NCBI GenBank assembly: GCA_016748015.1
Contig: JAAOMT010000451.1
Span: 79,205 to 86,319 of the forward strand
Direction: 5' to 3'
DNA: 7,115 nucleotides
From: Geosiphon pyriformis uo1
Taxonomy: Eukaryota; Fungi; Glomeromycota
Of this stretch, positions 1-6,235 are shown one piece after another. Each line of letters begins with the position of its first letter. Position 1 is the first letter of the stretch. The translations under genes were made by a program, and so were the position numbers. Under the pieces are notes generated by a model, which saw only the letters and a program-made list of their open reading frames with translations, made no database searches and had not been told where the DNA came from.

Positions 1-623
1 AAACTATTTTTTAAATGTGATTAGTTTACAAATTTATAAGCTTTGTATATATCTTAAAAAATCAACTATATTTTTTAATATATTTTTAACAATAAAACTA
101 ATTACAAATACAAAAATCTAAATTAATATGCTTTTTAACATTAAAAATTTATTTTTTTTAAAAATTTTTTATTTTTAACAAGCTGTAAAAATCTATTCAA
201 ATAAAATTTTCAATAAAATATTTTTTGTAGTTTTAATTAAAACAATTAATTTAGTGTTTATTAATATGTCTTTTTATTTATATAGTTTTAAGATCATAAA
301 AACTTATGTGTTTTTCTAAGCATTAAAAATTTAAAAACCAAACCAAAACAAATTTGCTATAATGTTTTCATATTTTATTGGTAATTTTTAAAAAATCTGC
401 AGCTTTTTTTTTAAAAAAACTTTTTACAACCAATAAAAACTTATTAAGATAAATTTATTTTATAATTTTAGTTATTAATATAATCCAAAAAAGCAAATAG
501 CTTTATCATTAAAAAAATTAGTTTATTATTGTTAACTAATAATTCAAAACAACTTTCTTAAAAAGCTATTTTAATACACTTTTAATTATAAAGTTTTTAT
601 TATTAACAAAAGTATTTATATGT
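1..623 (-). pseudogene. Non-LTR retrotransposon (LINE) ORF2 relic, reverse transcriptase N-terminal subdomains (about 0-3), running off the left edge
   Basis: Manual minus-strand translation. 383-406 reads KAADFLKI then TNKI*KH (back-mutates to KAAGLSGITNE.WKH, the KAPGPDGI-type domain 0). About 190-300 reads MILKLYK*KDILINTKLIVLIKTTKNILLKILFE*I (MIPKPYEW..VLTNTRPIALIETARKILSKILS.RI, the IPK...RPI.L...KIL.KIL..R of domains 1-2). 27-53 reads DIYKAYKFV (DMRKAYDSV, domain 3). Most deviations are G>A/C>T. Stops fall at W/Q/R codons and there are small indels. Confidence 0.88.
620..623. repeat. Left copy of 4-bp target-site duplication (ATGT)
   Basis: Directly abuts the LTR start TGTTAC at 624. 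Matches ATGC at 5926-5929 except for one C>T transition. Confidence 0.8.
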
Positions 624-1426
624 TGTTACAAGTAATTATTTGGGATATTAAAACAAATAACAAATCTGTAACTTAATGCTCAATAACTGAGAATATTGGT
701 AATTTCTGAAGATTTTGAAGTTTAAAAGTTTTGATTGAGTTTTTTATATAATAGATAGGAATTTAATTGATGATTTCTTTTATGACTTTTTTTTTCCAGT
801 ATGGTAATCAGTTTATTTTAACAGTTGTATTCTTTTAATAAGCTATTTTTAATTTTCTATTCTTATTCTCAAGTTTTTTACCAGACTATCTTTAATGTTA
901 AATACTTAGTGCTTAATTTTTTTAATTAATTAGTAAACAACAAAAAAATAAAATAAAATAAAATAAAAAAAATAAAAAATTAGTATTCTATTAATAGCCA
1001 TAATTAAGAGCTATTAATTAAATGTGATTAAGTATTAAATTTTATTAACATAGAATGTTAATAGTATAAAAGTAATTAATATTTTTAATTAAGTGATAAT
1101 AATATAGATTGGATGATAATTAGATATTTTATTAATATTAATATAATTCTGTTTCAAGTCATAAAAAACTATTTTTTGAAGAAAGAAGTATAGAATAAGT
1201 AGTCATTGCTAACTATTGTTTTATTTCTGTTGAATAATTTTTTTGCTTCTAATATTCTCACTATATATATATAATTTATATTATATAAAATTTTTTGAAA
1301 TCTTACAATTCCTTAAAAAAAATTCTGAAATTCTGAAATTCTGCAATTTCTTAAGAGAAATTCTGGAATTTTTTCTTTTACTATGCCTATTTTTAATTGG
1401 TTATTTTACTTATTATTATAATTTTT
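624..1426 (-). repeat. 3' LTR (about 800 bp); inner (U3) terminus truncated by about 20 bp
   Basis: Aligns without gaps to 4867 onward (offset 4243) over 624-780 with 28 transitions and 1 transversion. Aligns again after the A-rich tract (offset 4500, then 4482 after an 18-bp indel). Similarity stops at about 1426, before the ...TAAGTAACA end present in the other LTR. Confidence 0.92.
1262..1400 (-). promoter_or_regulatory. Putative U3 promoter in 3' LTR: CCAAT box, short tandem repeats, TATA-like tract
   Basis: On the minus strand, CCAAT (plus ATTGG 1396-1400) precedes GAAATTCT-type repeats (1297-1370) and TATATATATATA (1262-1273). The same order is retained in the other LTR. This is inference from position; TATA evidence is weak in AT-rich DNA. 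Confidence 0.4.
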
Positions 1427-1441
1427 TTTTTAATATTAAGC

Positions 1442-1570
1442 TCTGTCGAAATCTTTTACATTTCTTAAATTTATACTAATACATAAGTGAAATTTCAATT
1501 TAATAGTAGTTTTTTCAAAATATTTAAGATTAAACTCTACATTAGTATTATATGTGTATTTTGACATGAT
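1442..1570 (-). pseudogene. dUTPase domain remnant of the retrotransposon polyprotein (motifs I and V retained, II-IV deleted)
   Basis: One frame reads IMSKYTYNTNVEFNLKYFEKTTIKLKFHLCISINLRNVKDFDR. Codons GTA GAG TTT AAT CTT (1526-1540) revert by transitions to AGFDL, preceded by a P..AH..D-like stretch (trimeric dUTPase motif I). AGA AAT GTA AAA GAT TTC GAC (1445-1465) reverts to RGVKGFG (motif V, RGxxGFGS). Confidence 0.75.
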
Positions 1571-1834
1571 ATTCTTATTATTATTGCTGAATTATTTGAG
1601 TTTTTGCTTTTTTGAGAGATTTAGGAGCACAATATATTGTTTGGGATTTTTGTCAAAGTTTAAATGATCATTATTGTTGTTTTTATTGTAAATAGTATTG
1701 AAACTATTGTTGTTATCATTGTTAAAGTCTAAATTGTAATTGATTTTTAATTTTGATTCTGATGCATATTTACTAATTGGTTTTTTTTTAAGATTTAAAT
1801 AGATTATGTATGATTATAAATTATAAATAAGATC

Positions 1835-1882
1835 ATAATTATTATAATATTCAAAATTACTGAAAATTAGGCAATGTTTACA
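1835..1882 (-). other. Relic Cys motif CxxC-x8-CxxC between protease and dUTPase
   Basis: Reads CKHCLIFSNFEYYNNY. The first two Cys are intact. The second pair are TAT codons, one G>A step from TGT. Same frame as the dUTPase remnant. Confidence 0.5.
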
Positions 1883-2183
1883 GAGTCTAGCATTTAATTG
1901 TTCTAAATACTGTTTATGTTTTTTTTAAATAGGTGCTAAATTTTAGTAGTAAGATAATTTTTTCTTTAATTCTAATAAATATAAAATATGTTAACCATTA
2001 TTTGTTTCTTTTGTAAAGATAGTACTTTGTGATTTGTTTTTTTTTTCTTTTTTTTTTGTTATTTTAGAATAGAATTAATGGTAGCTTATTGTAGTCATTG
2101 TCAGTCTATAAAACTTAATAAACTTCCCAAATAGGGGGGGTTTTTTTTAACTTAATTAGTAATAATTAGGTGATAGTGTTTGT

Positions 2184-2570
2184 TTTAAAGTAACTGTAAG
2201 TAACTGATATCCAAATATGCTGATTATTTTGATTAAGTTGTAGTTTTTAAGTATTTCAATTAAGCATGGCACTAGTTTTGAACAGCCAGTTATTATTAAT
2301 AAAAGCTTAATATTGTGTGACTTCCATAACTAAAACTTTGATTGACATAATAATACTATTGACTATAAAAGAAAAGTTGTTAATTTTGCCAATAAAAATC
2401 TTGATTGTTTTATTAACTATAATAATTTTGGCACTGGCAGTATAATCAACTTGGTAATTTAATTGGTTTATAAGTTATCATATAATAATACTGTCTGTTA
2501 ACTTACTATCAAAGATTAGTCTAATAAAATAATTATTAACTTTAATATTAGTATAGATAATAGTAATTAG
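2184..2570 (-). pseudogene. Retropepsin (aspartic protease) relic of gag-pol; includes the C-terminal part of ORF 2478-2810
   Basis: Reads IKVNNYFIRLIFDSKLTDSIII**LINQL...KIIIVNK...IKVLVMEVTQY*AFINNNWL...MLN*NT*KLQL. GAT AGT AAG at 2502-2510 is DSK, from catalytic DSG (context LILDSGSAGSII). The flap-like IITADG and the ALVGNDWL (ILGxDW-type) motif at about 2283-2306 are recoverable by transitions. The frame is unbroken through the stops. Confidence 0.9.
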
Positions 2571-3170
2571 TTTGGAGTCGAAAATGGCTCCACTAAATAA
2601 CAGTGTTTCTGATTGGTTTTTTAATTTGAATGAGAAGATAATAATTAGTAATTTGTCTTTTATAACAGTTATTAGTGGAATGTTGTTGGTAAGTAGTTTA
2701 TAATAAGTTTTTAAGTTATTAAATAGATTGTTTTTGAAGTAACTAAGAGGCTTAAATAATTCTAGGAATTCAGGTTTTGAATGTACCCATTTTTTAAACT
2801 TCATTGGCATGATTCTAATGACTGGTTTGAGAAACTAAAGATTAGTTAATACATAACCATTGTCAATTTTCAGTTTTGTTGTATATGTAATTTTCAGTCT
2901 TTGGTTTTTGGTTGTCATTTAAGTTAGGTTTTGTGATAGTGTTTAAATTGGTTGGATTTAATAAATAATTTGTGGCAGTGGCTAATATATTATTAATGCT
3001 AAAATTTGATATATTAGAAATAAATATATTGATTGTTATATTATTTAGAAATAATGTAGCTAATATAAATATAATTCTAATAACAAATTGTTGGCATAAT
3101 TCTGAATTTGAAATTTGTGATTGGGATTTTGATATTGATTTCCTAATTATTGGTTATTAAATTTAGAATG

Positions 3171-3212
3171 ACAATTTGCTTTTAAATGGTTTTGTTTATT
3201 ATAATAGTAATA
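3171..3212 (-). pseudogene. Gag nucleocapsid zinc knuckle (C-x2-C-x4-H-x4-C), degenerate
   Basis: TAT TAC TAT TAT AAT AAA CAA AAC CAT TTA AAA GCA AAT TGT = YYYYNKQNHLKANC. It reverts by transitions alone to CHYCGKQGHLRADC, and lies between capsid and protease as expected. Confidence 0.85.
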
Positions 3213-4830
3213 ATTATGTATTTTTTGTTGTTATAGTTGATTTAATGATAACAATAATAGATGTAATAGATTTTAAAAGCAATTAGAGTTTTTTTGATTG
3301 TTGTGATATTGAAAAGACTAATAGATTATTTGATTATTAGCTAAGTATTTCTCGATTTTCTGGTTGATAAAATCACTGAATTGTTTTAGCTTAAAATTTA
3401 ATTCAGATAATCTGTTTATTACTAAGTTAATGACTTGAACATAATTGGCTTCAAGTTTAGCTGATTTAAAATCTTTGACATGTGTTACTGCATTTTGGAA
3501 AATATTTAGATGCATTAAGTATTTTTATTATAATAAATTACTGTATAATCTATAAATAAATTGATTTAGGATCTGTAGTACTATAAAGTAGTCAATATTA
3601 ATTGCTTGAATTTGGTATAAATTTCTGTGAAAGCATTCCAAGTAAGTAGTGACTATTTTAAAATCATTTTATATAATTTTAATGAAACTAATTAACAGAT
3701 AATTAATGCTATTATTATTGCTAAAGTATTATAGAAATGCAGTTTTAAACACATCAAAATCTTGAAATTTGTTTACAAAATTTTAATACTACAAATTGAC
3801 AGTATTTTGAAAGAAGTAGAGAATAGTTTAAAAGACTTTGGTATTATTTTATTTGTTGACTGTAATGTTTTTTTTATATTGTTTAATCATATTTAGATAT
3901 TGTTTTTTTTGTTGGTAAATTTTTTTAGTTTGGTGATAAGTATATATATTATTAATGTAAATTGTTGTTTTTGTGAACAATTGGTACAACTGGTGAATTG
4001 ATTATGATAACTAGAAGTAAGTTTTGTTGAAAAATAAAAGTAAAATTTGGATTGTTTAGATTTGGCTGGATTTGAACAATCAGAATTTTAATTTCTGGAT
4101 TAATTAAAATCAGATTTCGATTATTATTTCTCTAATTGTTGTTTTTTTTTCTTCTGATTCAGTATTTTCTCAATAACTAGTAGATCCGAAATTTGGTTAA
4201 GATAGCAGTAATTAAAGTTCTGATAGTGTTGTTGATTACAATTTAAATTTTTTAAAGAAATTGCCATAGGTTCTTAATAATTTGGCTTACTTTTGATTAT
4301 TTTGAAACAGTATTCTAAATAATAATGTTTTTGCAATTAATAGTGATATAGATCCTAATGGTATGTAAATAGTACTTCTTAATATATAATAAAATAACAG
4401 ATAAATGGGTAAAATAACTCTTGATTTTTTTCAAGTAGGTGGTTGTATTTTTTTTGATGTTTCTGCTGAAGTTTGTAATTTCTTTTTGTCTGTGAAGATA
4501 ATAGGAAATTTTTGTTAAGTGTAATTCTCAATTTTTCTGTTTATTTCTTTGATTAATGGTGTAAACAAATAATTTGGTAGAAGTGTAGTGTTTTGTAATA
4601 CTTCATTGTAAAAATTTCTAAGAACAGCTTCTGGATTTTCTTATTTTTTTAAATAGAATTTAATTTTTTTGTTGACATAGAAGTTAAAAACTGATTTTGT
4701 TAGCCAATAGTTATTTGTTAGTTCAAAGTAAATTTAGTAATATTGAAATAAAAATTTTGTGAATTCTAAATAATTTTTTCTTATGATTTCTTAGTTTGCT
4801 ATTTTTCTGAATAGTTAATGTTGGTGCTGG
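3171..4830 (-). pseudogene. gag: gag relic: N-terminal extension (~3950-4830), capsid domain (~3400-3950), coiled-coil-like stretch (ORF 3318-3515), CCHC knuckle
   Basis: Reads KLKKFTNKKNNI*I*LNN (KLEKFTGE.D...W), then TILYFFQNTVNL*Y (YFL.D.A..WY), FDVFKTAFL*YF, the MHR-like *NDFKIVTTYLECF at about 3630-3670 (Q...E.V..Y..RF) and NQFIYRL at 3546-3566 (FIRGL). These are typical Retrotrans_gag features. Boundaries are approximate. Confidence 0.85.
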
Positions 4831-4846
4831 TTTTTTGTTGAATTAT

Positions 4847-4864
4847 ACCTTAAAAGAAGCATTA
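4847..4864 (-). promoter_or_regulatory. Candidate primer-binding site (degenerate)
   Basis: The minus strand directly after the 5' LTR reads TT-TAATGCTTCTTTTAAGG. TAA is two G>A changes from TGG, the complement of tRNA CCA, at the canonical 2-nt spacing from the LTR. Confidence 0.5.
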
Positions 4865-5173
4865 AATGTTATAGATAATTAATTGAAATATTGAAACAAA
4901 TAATAAATCTATAATTTAGTGCTTAATAACTAGAAATATTGGTAATTTTTAAAGATTTTGGAATTTAAAAGTTTTGGTTGAATTCTTTGTATAATAGACA
5001 GAGATTCAATTGATGGTTTCTTCTATAAATTTTTTTTAGCATAGTAACCAGTTTATTCTGACAATTATGTCCTTTTAGTAAGCTATTTTTAAATTTTTAT
5101 TTTTGTTCTTAAGTTTTTTACTAGGCTATTTTTGCATCAAATATTCAGTTTTTAATTTCTTTAATTAATTAAT

Positions 5174-5192
5174 AAACAACAAAAAAACAAAA

Positions 5193-5239
<47 letters not shown>

Positions 5240-5410
5240 ACAACAAAAAACAACAAAAAAACAACAAAAAACAACAAAAAACAACAAAAAACAACAAAAA
5301 ACAACAAAAAACAACAAAAAACAACAAACAACAAAAAACAACAAAAAACAACAAAAAACAACAAAAAACAACAAAAAACAACAACAAACANNNNNNNNNN
5401 NNNNNNNNNN

Positions 5411-5472
<62 letters not shown>
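5174..5472. repeat. Low-complexity tract: A44 (5194-5237), about 15 copies of CAACAAAAAA (5241-5390), 20-N gap (5391-5410), A62 (5411-5472)
   Basis: Directly visible. The homologous site in the other LTR (~935-980) is only about 45 bp of AAACAACAAAAAAATAAAATAAAA.... Confidence 0.95.
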
Positions 5473-5474
<2 letters not shown>

Positions 5475-5761
5475 AGAAATTAATATTCTGTCAATAGCCA
5501 TGATTAAAAACTATTGGTCTAATATAATTAAGTTTTGGGTTTTATTAATATAGAATATTAATAGTATGAAAGTGATTAAAATTTTTAATCAAATAATGAT
5601 AATATAAATTAAATAATAATTAGATATTTTATTAATATTAATATAATTCTGCTTTAAATTATAAAAAACTATCTTTTGAAAAAAAAAGTATAGGATAATT
5701 AGTTATTACTAACTACTGTTTTATTTTTGTTAAATACTTCTTCTGTTTTTAAAACTCTCAT

Positions 5762-5882
5762 TATATATATATAATTTATGTTATATAAAATTTTTTAAAA
5801 GAAATCTTAGAATTCTGAAATTCTGCAATTTCTTAAGAAAAATCTTAAAATTTCTTTTTTTATTATGTCTATTTCTGATTGG
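5762..5882 (-). promoter_or_regulatory. Putative U3 promoter in 5' LTR: CCAAT box, short repeats, TATA-like tract
   Basis: ATTGG at 5878-5882 (minus-strand CCAAT), GAAATTCT-type repeats at 5801-5850 and TATATATATATA at 5762-5773. Counterpart of 1262-1400. Confidence 0.4.
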
Positions 5883-5925
5883 CTATTTTACTTAATATTA
5901 TAATTCTTAATTTTTATAAGTAACA

Positions 5926-5929
5926 ATGC
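5926..5929. repeat. Right copy of 4-bp target-site duplication (ATGC)
   Basis: Abuts GTAACA. Deleting the element plus one TSD copy restores the LINE frame: ATT ATT AAG CAT | ATA AAT ACT TTT GTT. Confidence 0.8.
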
Positions 5930-6216
5930 TTAATAATAGTATTTTTAATACATAAATTTTTAATAATTTTGAATTTATATATCTTATTATATTTATAAAT
6001 TTTTTTAAACTAAATCAATAATTGTTTGACTTTATAAATACTATATTTAATATTTAATTATTTTAGAAAATTTGTGACTATATTTGAATTAAGCTTAATT
6101 TATTTATCTATTAAAATCTTAAATTTTTCCAAATTATTCAACTTAAATGTTTTTAAAATCTTAAAAACAAGTAATTTTAACTTATAAAATATAATATATA
6201 AGCATTTTTTTATATA
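5926..6216 (-). pseudogene. LINE ORF2 relic, linker region between endonuclease and RT
   Basis: Reads FYKLKLLVFKILK...IYKYNKIYKFKIIKNLCIKNTIIKH and continues in frame across the TSD into INTFVNNKNFIIKSVLK*LFKKVVL of the left flank, which leads to the RT motifs. The assignment rests on this continuity and on remembered similarity to Glomeromycotina LINE proteins (FHKLELLVSK...IRSVLERPFRKVVLD). Confidence 0.7.
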
Positions 6217-6235
6217 AGATGTGTATAAGAGACAG
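6217..6235 (+). other. Tn5 mosaic end / Illumina Nextera adapter sequence (assembly contamination)
   Basis: Exact 19/19 match to AGATGTGTATAAGAGACAG, unmutated within otherwise hypermutated DNA. No partner end and no transposase. Confidence 0.97.

Larger units (their letters stand above)
624..5925 (-). mobile_element. Ty3/Gypsy (Metaviridae-like) LTR retrotransposon, defective: hypermutated, RT/RNase H/integrase deleted
   Basis: Two long direct repeats (624-~1426 and 4867-5925). Outer termini TGTTAC (624-629) and GTAACA (5920-5925) form a perfect 6-bp inverted repeat with TG...CA ends. 4-bp TSD. Minus-strand relics of a Gypsy-type gag capsid, CCHC knuckle and retropepsin. The superfamily call rests on gag and protease style, because the RT/IN order cannot be seen. 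Confidence 0.92.
4867..5925 (-). repeat. 5' LTR (length inflated by A-rich repeat and N gap)
   Basis: Starts TGTTATAG at 4867, matching TGTTACAA at 624. Ends GTAACA at 5925. Homologous to 624-1426 on both sides of the gap. Confidence 0.92.

Noticed and set aside
1421-1432. T-run next to the 3' LTR as a decayed polypurine tract, with the LTR ending at TATTATA (1420/5902)
   Set aside because: That boundary gives no TSD, whereas the GTAACA end at 5925 gives an inverted repeat, a TSD and a restored LINE frame. The run more likely derives from Glu/Lys codons after the dUTPase at the deletion junction. A PPT origin is not fully excluded.
1243-1479. ORF 1243-1479 (+), 78 aa
   Set aside because: Antisense to the element and spans the LTR/internal deletion junction. 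Its F/L/I/Y/N composition reflects AT bias.
2134-2140. G7 run, the only long G tract in the window
   Set aside because: Falls in the post-protease frame next to a T8 run and is best explained by local slippage. It is not positioned as a PPT and is too short for a quadruplex.
2972-3160. ORF 2972-3160 (+), 62 aa
   Set aside because: Antisense shadow of the Q/P-rich gag C-terminal region, with no motif.
2478-3515. ORFs 2478-2810 and 3318-3515 as functional genes
   Set aside because: Stop-free fragments of the gag-pol relic. The catalytic DSG is mutated to DSK and the homologous frame continues past the stops.
1427-4866. Alternative genetic code (TAA/TAG = Gln or TGA = Trp) explaining the in-frame stops
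   Set aside because: All three stops occur, at Q, W and R positions, and catalytic or structural Gly/Cys/Pro residues are also lost. This is mutation, not recoding.
5241-5390. CRISPR array or telomere repeat
   Set aside because: No spacers. It is a simple 10-bp unit internal to an LTR and derived from the local A-rich tract.
5161-5501. Three F/V/C/L-rich minus-strand ORFs resembling membrane peptides
   Set aside because: Translations of poly-T and (TTTTTTGTTG)n, one of them crossing the N gap.
6217-6235. Natural IS50/Tn5 end or bacterial horizontal transfer
   Set aside because: The sequence is the synthetic mosaic end. There is no second end, no 9-bp duplication and no transposase.
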